From: Proteromonas lacertae
Taxonomy: Eukaryota
Assembly (NCBI GenBank): GCA_002245135.1
Contig: NGBS01000301.1
Location: 1-64,000, forward strand
Direction: 5' to 3'
DNA length: 64,000 nt
Shown here: positions 39,861 through 52,378 of the stretch, one piece after another
How positions within the stretch are numbered: the first letter of the stretch is position 1
How the letters are laid out: each line of letters starts with the position of its first letter
Notes under the pieces: model-generated
Database searches by the model: none
Told to the model about the DNA's origin: nothing
The model's input: the letters and a program-made list of their open reading frames with translations, nothing else
Translations under genes and position numbers: made by a program

Positions 39861-41563
39861 TTATATTATTGTTGTTATATTAGAAGTTGTTCTTGGTCTA
39901 GGAGGTCTTTTTCGAATTGCTTTTATCTTTTCATAATTCTGATTTAAATGAGCTCTTAATGGACTAACAAACTGTTGTGCTCTAGAAGATACAAATGAAT
40001 AATCTCTTGTTGTAGGAGTAGGAAGAGAAGTATAAGAAAGTGGAGAAGCCATTGGATAAGGACTGGAAGCAGTTGAATTGGATGAATATGTTGATGAAAC
40101 TGATGAAGATCTTGAAGGACTTACATCATAAGTATTATGATCATAATATCTTGGGTTTATTTTCTTGTTTTAATTTCTCTATTATTTTCTCCAATTCATT
40201 CAGTTTTTTCTGTCAACTTCTTTATTTCACTTTCATCATTCTTTTTCACCATATTATACTCAATTATCTTCCATTTAAACTCTTTTTCTTTACTATCAAA
40301 TTGATTTTGTAATAGTTTATTCTGTTTTATTAATTCATTTTTCTCATTTATTAATTTGCTATTTTCTATTTCCATGGTTTTATTCTTTTCTTTTTCTTCT
40401 TCTAATTTTATATATAACCAATTCTTTTCTTGATTATATTTTGATTCTAAAAAGTTGTATTTGTTATATAATTCATTCTTTTCTTCTGCTAATATTTGAT
40501 TTTCTTCTTCTATTCTTTTCTTTTCGTTTAATACTTCATCTAATTCTTTTAAAACTATATAATATATGTAGTAATTTATTAATTTATACATGTATATTCA
40601 TTTGTATCTTTATTTACAACTTTACATATTGTTTTTAAAGATTGACTGAATAAATGAGATTTTGTTTCAATATCTATATAATAATAATATATAATATAAT
40701 AATATAATATAAATACCATTCAATTTCGCATTAATCTGGCTTCAACTCAATTCTTCTATTTATATTAATTACAAACATTTCTTTTAATAATTCATTTATC
40801 ATATAACTATTTTCATTACTTATACATTTTAATTCATTATATTCACAATATATAACATTTCTCTTAATTTCTTCTTTTGTTGTTCCTTTAAAACAGTGTT
40901 TATTTGTTAATATGTAGTATAATATACATCCATAACTCCATATATCAGTTTTTATAGTTATTTCTTCATTTTTTATACATTCTGGTGATAAATATCGATA
41001 ATTATCTAGATTTTGATCTTCTAAAGGATTTATTATGATATTTTGATAGTAATTTGTTAGTAGACAGTTAATATCTTTGAATATAACATTTTCTAGGTTT
41101 AATGAACCATGATTTATTCCTAATTCGTTTAATTCTAGCAATCCATTGAGAATATCTTTTAATATTGTTTCTATTGTTATAGTAGATGATGTTAAAATGT
41201 CTGGTGGTAGATTTTGAAGTGAATAAGTGTAAGTTTGTGAAAAAATCTGTAAATGTTGATCCTGTGTTTCATATACTTCATAATTTACAATATGCACAGA
41301 TTTAACTGTTGTATAGGTAGATTTCTATTGAACAAATATCTCTACTTATAAAAATACGAATTGAGCAAGTTTGCAAATAGGATATTTTTGATATATTACA
41401 AATTAACAATGTTTTATTCTCGTTTGTGGTGGAATTTTTCACCAGATACTTGTTTATTTGTGAAGTTGAGAGAATCCTTTCGATTATATACTTCTCCTCC
41501 AATCCAAAAATACTCTAGCACGAAATAAAGTAATAATTATACTATTGTATCACCAACATTCAT
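39861..41563 (-). CDS. Pseudokinase plus coiled coil and S/P-rich tail
   Basis: HGSLNLENVIF, LTNYY for DFG, YLSPE, TDIWSYGC; E/K/N heptad-rich region follows. Confidence 0.78.
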
Positions 41564-41652
41564 ACTCTCTAAAATCAAAAATTCAAATTTAATACAGTGT
41601 ATTATTATATAAATACACTTGTACAGTTTTACGTTGTTTTATTTTTAATAGA

Positions 41653-43032
41653 ATGAAGGTATTATTGACTTTACTAATAATATACACACTTACTGAAGCT
41701 GCTCTCTGTCCAAATTCTTGCAGTGGTAAAGGAGTGTGTGACCAATCAGGCAAATGCGATTGTTACCCAGGATACACAGGTGGTGATTGTCGAGAAAGTA
41801 TAAATAAATATATAGAATATTTTTTATAATATTACAAATAGGAACTTGCCCATATGGTCATCCATATATTGATCCAACCAATAGTAAAGATAAAGATAAG
41901 ATAGATGAAAGATCAAATTTGGAATGTTCAGGTCAAGGAGAATGTGATAGAACAACAGGTATGTGTAATTGCAGAATTCCTTATGAAGGAGAAAATTGTG
42001 AGAGATTAATGTGTCCAAACCGATGTAGTGGTCATGGAGTATGTCGACCAATCAAATTCTTTGACTGGGGACATGGTAATGATTTAGAAACAGTTGATTT
42101 TAGTGAAGCAGATAGTTATAATAAATGGGATAGTGATATTTCATTTAAATGTGAATGTGATAAGGAATACACTGGTTATGATTGTAGTGAGAGGAAATGT
42201 AAGATTGGATATATGACTGCATTGGATTGTGAGGAAGCTGAACCTGCTGTTACTACTGTTACATTTAAATTAATAGCATCTACATGATCCAGATGAATCT
42301 ACATTGAATCCAACACCAGCAAATGGTGTTCCATCTTCTGCGCATGCTTATTTAGGTTATTTAGAATATTATGATTCATTTAATAGAGTATGGTATAGTG
42401 ATGCATTTGATATTACCAATGCTTATAGTTATAATTACACATTGCAAAATGGTGATGGAAAGATGATTCGTGACATTAGTTATTCCTGGTTGGTATGATG
42501 TATTGAAGAGTTTCCCACCAAATGTGATTGATGTTGATACAATAACAGTTACAAATGGAGGTGTAGAAATATCATGTGAACCAACCATGATAGTGATAGA
42601 GCAATAAATCAAGATTGTAAAAATCAACCCTAATCCAACTACTGGTATAGAATTAAATGGAGAAATTGAAGTTAGAATTACATATGGTTCAAGTCAATCA
42701 GGAAGACAATCTGATAATATAAATATATTAACAATGGAAGATATAGGAAAGAAAGCAAGGAATGAATGAAGGAGGATTTCATGGATTAAAATCAAAAGTT
42801 ATTCATTTTAATAAGAAATTACCAACTACTTCATCAACACAACTCCACCATCAACTCCAGCATTACAGTTGTTTTTGCTGCAAAAATAACAGGTACAATT
42901 ACTACAGATAGTCGTGGTGTTCCTCCAACAGAATGTGCTAATAATGGTATATGTAATACAGTGACAGGATTATGTGAGTGTTTTACTGGATTTTATGGTG
43001 ATGCTTGTACTGAACAATTAGCACTTTTATAA
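41653..43032 (+). CDS. Mastigoneme-family (Sig1/Mas/Ocm-like) secreted EGF-repeat protein (several 1-nt indels)
   Basis: Signal peptide; [51 protein letters not shown]; single C-terminal [29 protein letters not shown]. Confidence 0.8.
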
Positions 43033-43141
43033 AAATATACCTATTATTTATTTTAATTACATTTTTTTCAAACCAAAAATAACAACAATATAGAATAATA
43101 TAATTATGTTAATCATATAGTTTTTAAAACAGTATTTTAGC

Positions 43142-44197
43142 TTAGATATCTATAGTGTAAGTTGCATATTGTGTTGGAAGCCTCTGCAACAACCATAGAA
43201 ATAGTCTGAATCTTACGATTCTATTTAAAATAATAACAATATCAATATAAATACTCTCATTTGCTCTCTTCCAATCATTTCAATTAATTTATGTGTCAAA
43301 TACTTTCCTATCTCTTCTACTGATGAATGAATAATTGGAACACAAGCACAATCACCTTTAGGAAATCTAAAAATACAATAATTAACAAAATTTCATACAC
43401 AAATTTACTACCAGTCTTCACAACTAACATCAATGTTTATTTCACCTTGAATTGTTACTAATACATCACTCAATATGGGTATAATCACTTTGTGGTCTAA
43501 TTCTGTACATAATTGTTTCATTGCTTTCTTTAAGTCAGTAAAATTCATCACATATCCATCACCACCTAAATCTCCTTTCATTGCAAGGGAAATAGTGTAA
43601 TTATGTCCATGTAATTTTTCTCTATATCCTTTATAAGCGATAAAATGAGCAGCTGAGAAATGTAAACTGTCTGATTGAACACAAACTTGGTATGAGTCTG
43701 GATATCTACTATTATATATATAAATATAGAAAGAAATACTTTGGATCTTTTTGAATTATATGATGTGGCATTTGTGCTACATGTTGAGATAGCATATCAC
43801 CTAAAGGAGATGGTGGAGGACTATAATAATTGATTGGAATGTCAGCAGGTACAGAGTCTGGGTGACATTTTAAGATATGTTTTCTAACTCTTGTAGCATT
43901 CAACTGAGGAGTATAGGAACAACCAGGGAAGTTACACTTATAGTGTTTATCCTCCAGTTTAACTATATGGTCATTAATTGCTGCAAGATGACCTACTCGT
44001 CTATACCTATTTGTTTATACTGATTGTATAGAATACTTTTTACGAGGTGTCATGTCAGAGACTTGCATATCATCGCCTGGAATGTCTGACACTAGGGGTT
44101 GTGGTATATTATACATTTTGGTTTCTTGTTTTTCTACAGTTTGATCGGAAGAAGGTGGTGGTGGAGGGTTTTCATTTTGAGTTTGTTGTTGTGACAT
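43142..44197 (-). CDS. Fusion of a BED-like zinc finger with 6-pyruvoyl-tetrahydropterin synthase type III
   Basis: Introns 44007-44036 and 43706-43739 join PRKKYRR..KCNFPGCSYTPQLNATRVRKHILKCHP in frame to FSAAHFIAYKGYREKLHGHNY..GYVMNFTDLK..LDHK..SSVEEI. Two 1-nt insertions lie in the 3' half. Confidence 0.82.
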
Positions 44198-44256
44198 AAT
44201 AAATACAACAAAAATGACAAATTACAGATTCAAATGCAAGCTTAAGCTTGATCTAA

Positions 44257-44268
44257 TTTCCCGCCAAA
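44257..44268 (+). promoter_or_regulatory. E2F-like site TTTCCCGCCAAA
   Basis: Matches TTTSSCGC; 60 bp upstream of the zinc finger-PTPS ATG in very GC-poor DNA. Confidence 0.4.
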
Positions 44269-44626
44269 TGAAAATTCTCATCACATAGAGTAGATATAAT
44301 GACTAAAAATTATTAAAATGCTCACTGTGTGCATTATCTACATCTCTATGGTGAAGATAATTTAGTTAATAGTATAATGAGCAATAGTTTTTTTTGATTG
44401 TTGTAAATGAAACTGCATTTTGCATATTATAATATTAGAGCATAAAATGAACAAATTGAAAGGGGATTTGAAGATTTTGAAACTCTTTGAAAAATTGTAG
44501 AAAGGGTATTTATTTCATTTAAATCGCTTAAATCATAATTAATAATACTGTTTGAATAAAAAGTCGTTTTTAAAACAATTCAACCCATAAAAACAATAAG
44601 TATAATAATAAAAAACTAAATGACTA

Positions 44627-45211
44627 TTATTTATTTGTTTCATTCTTATTTGGATTTAATAATAATTCTAAATCTTCTTTGGTTAATTCATAGACGTGTT
44701 TATCATCGATTCTTTGGATGGGCTGACCAGATTCCTTTCCTAATGTTTCAACTTGAATTTATTAATGAAACTATTCAATAATATTCTTCTAAAAAGATAT
44801 ATTTATAGTTTTATCATCGAAATAACCCAAATTATCAGCTATTAGATGTAAATTTTCACACTTTGGACATTTAACCAACACAACTCCATTTTTATATGCT
44901 TCTTTACTAATAGTACGAACTGACCTAGTTTTACAAACTTTACATGTGAAAAAAATAATAAAAGCTTCTTTGAAATGTTTTGAACCAGGAATATTGTTAA
45001 GTGGTTTCTACTAGAATATAATCATTAAATTATTACTTCCTTTGTTTAGTTGATTTTTATTTGAATTATCGACTGAATCAGAAAAATGTCGGAATGAGGT
45101 GAGTGTAGAAAATTGTCTTATAAAATTGGGTCTATAATGACATATTGGTTTGGTTAGTTGTTTTACAACAGAAATTGTTCGGAATATTCTCTGTTTAGGC
45201 AGAAATTGCAT
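44627..45211 (-). CDS. DNLZ: DNL-type zinc finger protein (Zim17/Tim15/Hep1), mitochondrial
   Basis: [38 protein letters not shown]; Arg-rich presequence. Confidence 0.93.
44753..44800 (-). other. U12-type intron with AT-AA termini (48 nt)
   Basis: 5' ATATCTTTT; branch-like TAGTTTCATTAAT; contains in-frame stops; removal restores DDKTIN/VETL. Confidence 0.75.
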
Positions 45212-45247
45212 TTCTTAACAAAATGATGTTTGAAAAGGCTTGATAGA

Positions 45248-48200
45248 ATGAATCTAAATATTGACCAACTAGAGCAAGCTATCAACATTGCAAGTTATGC
45301 AACCCCATCAAATCCGAATGGTCTAGTATTTAATACAATATTCTAATTCTTAGAACCAAGCTATTCAGCTAATCAATGAAGTTCAACAGAAACCTGATTA
45401 TTTACCTTTATTTTTTGATATTATCACTTCAAAATCTACAAATATATCTTTTTAGTGTAATAATACATAGTTTTTTTTAATATTGTAAGTAAATCTAGTG
45501 TTCTTCTCTTTAAAATACATTTATGTATATATAATGCGGTTATATATAATAATCATAGTCATTTATTGAAAGTAAATATTTCATTCAACTAAATCCTTCA
45601 CAAATTTTGGAAATAATCCAGAAATATCTTAATTGGATTGAAAATAAGTATGTTCTAACATTTATATTTTGTTCATAGTATGAATACAATCCAAACATAT
45701 CCTCAATATCTAACAACAAAAACAATATCTATTCTAACTAAACTAATTCAATTAACTTTCCCAACAATATGGAAAACACCATTTGATGCTTTCTTAACAT
45801 GGTCAAAACAAACTAATAACATATATTTCCAATACTATTATACAAGATTAATGTATTATTTAGACGAAGATATATTTCACAATGCCCAAAATGAGTTTAT
45901 TGAATGTAATACAGTGAGAATAATAAAAGATACAATAAGAGAAACATGTGTGAATGATATAATATATTCATTGTATATATATATATATATATTATTATTA
46001 TTATTATATAAAATAGTTATAATTTGTTAATTACATATGAAAATACCAATATTGAGTTATGTAATAGCACTTTAGAATCATTAAGAGGATATATAGAATG
46101 GGTTGATAAATTGTTGATATTTAATGATAAAGTATGTAATTATAAATATATATATTTAATAGTTTATACCATTATTTATGAATTATTTATCACGAAATGA
46201 GTTGAAATGTAATTCACTTCTCTGTTTAGACGAAGTTATTAGTAAAGGTATGAGTGTTGATGATAAATTGATTATATTGACAGAATTGAACGTGTTAAAT
46301 ATCATTCGATCATTTGATATTAATAATGATAATGAAGAGTTTCATAAATGTGTAGGTGAGTTTGTCAGTGATTTGTGTAATGTTTTAATTGATATGATAA
46401 ATGAAGTGAATATTAACGAAAATAATAAATCAATAATTTATCAATATTCATTACCAGTATTGAATTTTATGAATGAATTTGTGAAGAAGACTAATTCAAT
46501 TGAAACAAAGAAGTTTATTATTGAAGGTTTATCAATATCTTTTCTTATTTTTTATAAACAAATACAAAATTTGATAGTTTTTTTAATTCTCTTGTTTACT
46601 ATTTATTATATTGTATTTCTGCAATTGATAATACAATTGTGATGAAATATATTGAATGTATATTACTCTGTCTTCAATATACTGATGATTATTCCTTTGA
46701 TTCTGAAACAGGAATAGATAGTGATATTGACCAATTAAGAAATGACAGTATTGATTTATATAGATCAATCAATAAAACGTATTATCATTTAGTTATTCAA
46801 TGTTTGTTATATTTTAAAGTATATTTGTTGTTATTGCTATATTGAAAATAGAATATTATTTTAGACAAATCATCTGATTGGAAGATTGTTGATGCTTTTT
46901 TAACTTTAATATACAATTATTCTGAAGATAGTAAAACAGATAAAAACACAATTGAATTTTATAGTATAATCAATGAAATAATCAATATTATTAATAACTT
47001 CACTCATTTTGAAGTAAGATTTATGTGTTATCAAATATTAGTGAAGTATTATAATGTTTTATTGAATAACGATATGTATAAAGTTGCAATAGAATCATTT
47101 CTGAATGAATATGGTATTAAATCAAAGAATCATTATTTACAAACAAGATTACCATATTTGTTTATTTCTTTTTGTAGAAATACTAAAGGTGAATTGGATA
47201 AATGTTCAGAAATCATTTTTACTACATTATCTGTATGTATTTTATATATTATAGTAAAATAGTCGTTACTTTACATTCCAACCAATACAATTGAAGATAA
47301 TATCATTCAATATTATGAAGTAATTGGTATATTATTGAGTGGAAATTGTATTAATCAATCAAACCTAGTCAAACTATATGAATTAGTAATAACACCAGTA
47401 ATAACAACAGTTTCATCAATCTTATCCACTAATACCAATACAAATGTGAAATACAATGAAAATACACCTCAGTGTATTATTGTATTTAATGCCTTGACTA
47501 TTATTTCAAACATATTTAAAGGGTTTTCGAATAACAATAACAATATTCCATTAATATTAACAAATTCATTGATTGAAACATTCAAACTGTCATATCAATG
47601 GATTGTTATGATTAATCCTAATATGATGGTATTTCCAGCCATTATTTATATGAAATATGTTTATATTGTGAATAAATATATTGATATATTCTTCAATGAA
47701 ATGTATATATATATATATACTTAATATTATTTATCTAATAGATTGTCATTTTTACCAGAGATTATATCACAATTCTTGAATATCAATGATTATCAAGTCA
47801 TTTCTGATGTATTTCAATTGATTATTAAAGTTATATCACTCTACAAGAAGAAAGATAAGAATGCTTTATTACCACCTGATTTTGTGAATGTAAATATGAT
47901 GAAAAGAATAATCGAAATATCACAGTTTGATTATGTTTCTGATAGTTTAGATTCAAGTATATTTATTGTTTTGTTTATTAATCGTTTTATAGATTTTCAA
48001 TTAGAATTAAAAACCAATTATTATAAGCTCATTAAATTATTGATTGAATATTATCCAAATTTCATTATCCAATCAAACAATTTGGTTTTATTCCCACTCA
48101 TAATTCAATCAATTGTAACAGTATAATAATTAATAATTTTGTCTATATTTCATAGGGTTTTTCATTACCAGATTTCACCGTCTTAGGTTTATGTCTTTCC

Positions 48201-48617
48201 TTAATAAGAATCATCACTCCCTTAGTGATAACTGAAGTTGATAAATCAACTGGAACAATATCACCACATTCAACAATTCCAATCGAAATACAAAAACAAT
48301 TTCAAGAATTTATTTATTCTCAAATCACTTCAACTTATTTTATTTTTATAAAATCTCATGTTATTAATAAGAATGTGAATGGTAATGATTATTTGATAAT
48401 AAAACAGATAGCAAAGTCACTTTCTGGTTTTATTAGCTTGTTTGGAAATCATTATGTAATGTATTTACAACAGGTGTATTTTCCTTCAATTAACTTATCA
48501 AATGATTTAATTCAATCGTTTATACAGTTATTTACTAATACTACTCAAGATAAGTTGAACAAGACGTTTTATATGCAATTTGTGGAATGGTGTAATTGTT
48601 TTACTTCGTTAAATTAA
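45248..48617 (+). CDS. XPOT: Exportin-T (Los1)-like importin-beta family protein
   Basis: N-terminus NQAIQLINEV..LVFFSLKYIY..NWI; QLTFPTIWKTPF; NTVRIIKDTIRE; GYIEWVD; CLDEVISKGM; FLNEYGI..TRLPYLF. Confidence 0.85.
45444..45488 (+). other. U12-type intron with AT-AA termini (45 nt)
   Basis: 5' ATATCTTTTT; branch-like TAGTTTTTTTTAAT; removal restores STN/VNLVFFSL. Confidence 0.65.
46535..46599 (+). other. U12-type AT-AC intron (65 nt)
   Basis: 5' ATATCTTTT; branch TAGTTTTTTTAAT about 13 nt before TAC; removal gives exactly the frame change needed between ORFs 46178 and 46639. Confidence 0.85.
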
Positions 48618-48845
48618 GATATTGGATTATATTATTGCCGAAATCATGTTAATGATGAATTTTAATCAACTTTTTGTTTTTAATGTTTTTAATTTTTGTA
48701 ATTTGAGCATGTAAAAAATCCAAAACATTTATTATGCTATTTTCGCTATGTCTCATAATATGTTGAATATATAAATAGTTCATTTCATACTAAATGTCTA
48801 TTAACAGTTGTGTACAAAATAGCTTGACTTGATTAATTTAAAAAG

Positions 48846-50393
48846 ATGATGAATAATCTCTTCATAGCATGCATGAATTGCTTGCTAAAATATGGTATTT
48901 CTTGCTTGACTCTACATTAGGTCTGCAAGCGTCAGATATATTTCAACGGAAATGCGACATGAACAAAATTAGAGAATTATATAGAAAATATGACTACAGT
49001 ATATTCTATCTAATAACTTATAGATCATGTCAACCAGCAAATAGATTTGTCAGATCCTTATGAAGCATCTGAACTACTTCTGTATTTTCTACGTAATTTA
49101 ACATCCTCAATAATTAACTACGAATTTTTAACCTCAAGAAATGGTATTTGTAATATATCTGAGCTGTATAGGAGTACAAACACAAATAGTGGCATTAGAT
49201 CTCTTACACAACATGACTCCTAAGTATTTTAAATCTCTTCTATTTAATTAATAGATCTTTCATCTATTTAAAATCCTATACTCTCCTTATTCAAGAAATT
49301 CCTATCAAAATCCTCAGAAAATGGAGTAAGTGAAGATATTCTCCTAACCAAATTTGCTCCTGTACTCTGTAAACCAAAACAAGGTCAATATTTATCAATA
49401 CAACACAATTACACTCTTCCTGCAATAGTCAAATTATTGAGATATTATCTACATGATTATAACACTCTTTTTGATGTATTTATTTATGCTTTTATTTTCT
49501 ATTTATTATTTATTATTTAGCGACCAATACCCAACAGTCAGATCCCTTCATTTGAATCAGTATTAACAGATACACTAAAAGTTGAATTTAATTCAAATTG
49601 TAATATATATTTTTCACCTTACACCTGTTTTCTTCAAACTAGTTTTGCTTATAAGAAAATGTCAGCTGATGAAAGAAAGCAGATACTTTCTGATGTATAT
49701 AGACTTAAGAAGCAAAGGAAACAATTTGAGAAAATATATGTTAAAGAATTAGGGCACAATTCCAACAGTATATATATATAATTTTTATATTTTAATTTGT
49801 TTTTGTAATAGAAAAATGACAGAGAACCAATCAAAGATTTAGATAGACAATATCGTACATTGAAATCAGTGTTATTACACTATTCAGCTACACAAATATC
49901 ATCCATTTGGCGAGGATATTACACTCGTAATAATCTTCCAAAGTTTATCACTGAGAATATTCAAAGATATGAAAAATCAGAATTGTTACAGTTTAATTTA
50001 CCTGATTTAAAGAATTTAAAACAACATATAAAGAAGATATTAAGATATTTTGAACAGTATTATGTATTGAAGTACCACAGGCCTGTAACTGACCAAGAGA
50101 AAGAAGAAGCAGTGTTATTATATCAATACAATAAAACTCTAACAGATGTATTAAATATCTTAAAAAAGAAAAGAGATAGACTGTTAGAGGAGAAGAGACA
50201 GTTGAAAAAGAAGATTAATGAGTTTGAAAAGGATTTTGTAAAGCAACATAATAGAGTTATTCAATCTAAGAATGATATTGAGCCGATTAAAGATGATTAT
50301 GAAAAGTATAAAGAAATTAAAAAAGACTTGGAATATATACAACCTGATTTGCAATTATCAAGTAAATCTATTAAAAGTAATTTTAGTCTGTAA
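48846..50393 (+). CDS. FAM13-like protein: RhoGAP-like domain, IQ motif, FAM13 C-terminal repeats (paralogue 1)
   Basis: CMNCLLKYGLQASDIF, FAPVLCKP, ATQISSIWRGYYTR (IQ), EKRQLKKKINEFEKDF..DYEKYKEIK. Confidence 0.78.
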
Positions 50394-50591
50394 AATAAGT
50401 AAAAATACTAAATTAACTAGTGCTATGGATAAGTTTAGAATTAATAATTATAGTAATAGTAAAAACTAACAATAAATACTTAATACTGTTACTACTATTG
50501 CATTTGTTGTGTTAGAATTTATAAAAAACGAATTGAAAGGTTTGACATATTATCAAGCCCAAATTTTGATTTTAAACTATTACTTGTACAG

Positions 50592-52234
50592 ATGATCAAT
50601 CAGCTATTTGTTGATTGCATTCAGTATTTACTTGAGAGTATATCCATAAATTCATTTCCATTAGATGCTACATATTCCGGATTATTTATTGAAGATCAGA
50701 ATACGGTTTTTGTTAATAGAATTATTTACATCATATAAATCAGGTATATCTCTAACTTATTGATATATATTAGACAATCAAAATGACGTTTTAACTCCTC
50801 CATTGGCATCTGCTGTGTTACTTCAAATATTGAAAGATTTACCAGGATCTTTGATTGATTTTGAATATTTTTCAGATCATTCCAGTATAAAATTCCATAT
50901 TTTTACTCAATTAGAAATGAGTTATGATTATATTGTTCCATATCTACTATCCAACATGACACCTAGAGCTTTTGAATATTTGAAACTCACTTTATTACTA
51001 ATAAAAACATTATCTCGATATCAAGACAAGAATGGCTTAGATTTACCAGCATTGCTTATTCTATTCGCTCCTATATTATGTAAGCCAAGATCAGCAGCAT
51101 TTTTATGTATAAAACATTCCAATGCAATCAGTGATATTGTTGATTTATTGAATTATTTAATCTCAAATTATTATTATTTCTTTGAAGTATATATTTTATT
51201 ATTATTATTTTATCATTTTAAATAGACACCAATCAAAATAGAAACACCACAAACAGTAGAACTCTTAATATCAAGTGTAATTAAATCAATACTTTGTAAA
51301 AATATGAATAATGGTAATGTCGTTTCACCCAATTCTTCCTATCTGAAAACTGCTTTTGCTAGAAGGAAAGTAAGTCAACGAAGAGATATGATAACTTATG
51401 TTCATAAATTAAAACAACAAATTAATAGTTTTGAAAGCATTTATGAAGATGAATATGGAAGCAAACCGAAAGTATAATAATAATTATTATTATAATATAA
51501 TAGGGAAATGATAGACAACCAATTCAAGATATGTATTATCAATATCATTCATTGAAAGTATCTGTACAACGTATATAAATATAAATATATTATAATTTAT
51601 AATATTTATAGAGAATGCTGCAATAGAAATCCAATCAGCCTATCGAGCTTATTTAGTTAGAAAAAATCTAAGAATGAGATTTGGAAGTAAGAATAAAAGT
51701 AGAGATAGAAGAAGTTCTTCAAGTTGTAAAGAGAATATATTAACACCAGATTCACCTTCACCATTATCTCCAACTTCACCACAAACAACAGCAACGACAG
51801 CAGTAACTGTGAATAAATCAACATATAAATTTGACATTGAGAATTGTGATATTCCATTATATACTGAAGAAGAATTGAAAGAATTAGATCCAATACAATT
51901 GAAGAATATTAGAAGGAGTTTAAAGCAGGAAATACAGAAATTTAATGCTATTTTTTATGGAATTTATCATAGAGAATCAACTGTTTGTGAAAAGAAGCCA
52001 ATTTCGAAGTTGTATGAAAATTACACAATGGTTAAATATTGGATTTTAGAAAATGAAAGAAAAGCTATTTCAAAGAAGTTAAAGACTTTTGAAAAGGATT
52101 TTTTGAAGACGCATGGAAGAGCTGTAAAGTATCCTTCCGATATAAAGGATGTACAGAAGGATTACGCTAAATATAAGGTGATTAAAAATGATATTGAGAA
52201 ATGTAAAGTTCAATTGAATAATTGGAGAAAATAG
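50592..52234 (+). CDS. FAM13-like RhoGAP-IQ protein (tandem paralogue 2)
   Basis: DCIQYLL, FAPILCKP, AAIEIQSAYRAYLVRK (IQ), ERKAISKKLKTFEKDF..DYAKYKVIK. Confidence 0.78.
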
Positions 52235-52378
52235 AGAATTTTGATGTATTTTTATAATTTGGATTTATATGTTATAGTTAAACTAATTCATTTTGTTTAA
52301 TATTTGATGAGTTTTGATAATAATGAAAAAATAACCGTTTTATTATTCGTTTTTAAAAGTAGTTTTTTTATTTGCTGG

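Noticed and set aside
41325..41385. A fourth U12-like intron (ATATCCT...AG) in the pseudokinase gene
   Set aside because: It lacks the shared branch motif and would delete most of the alpha-C region. One extra A in a homopolymer plus a normal 33-nt GT-AG intron fits better.
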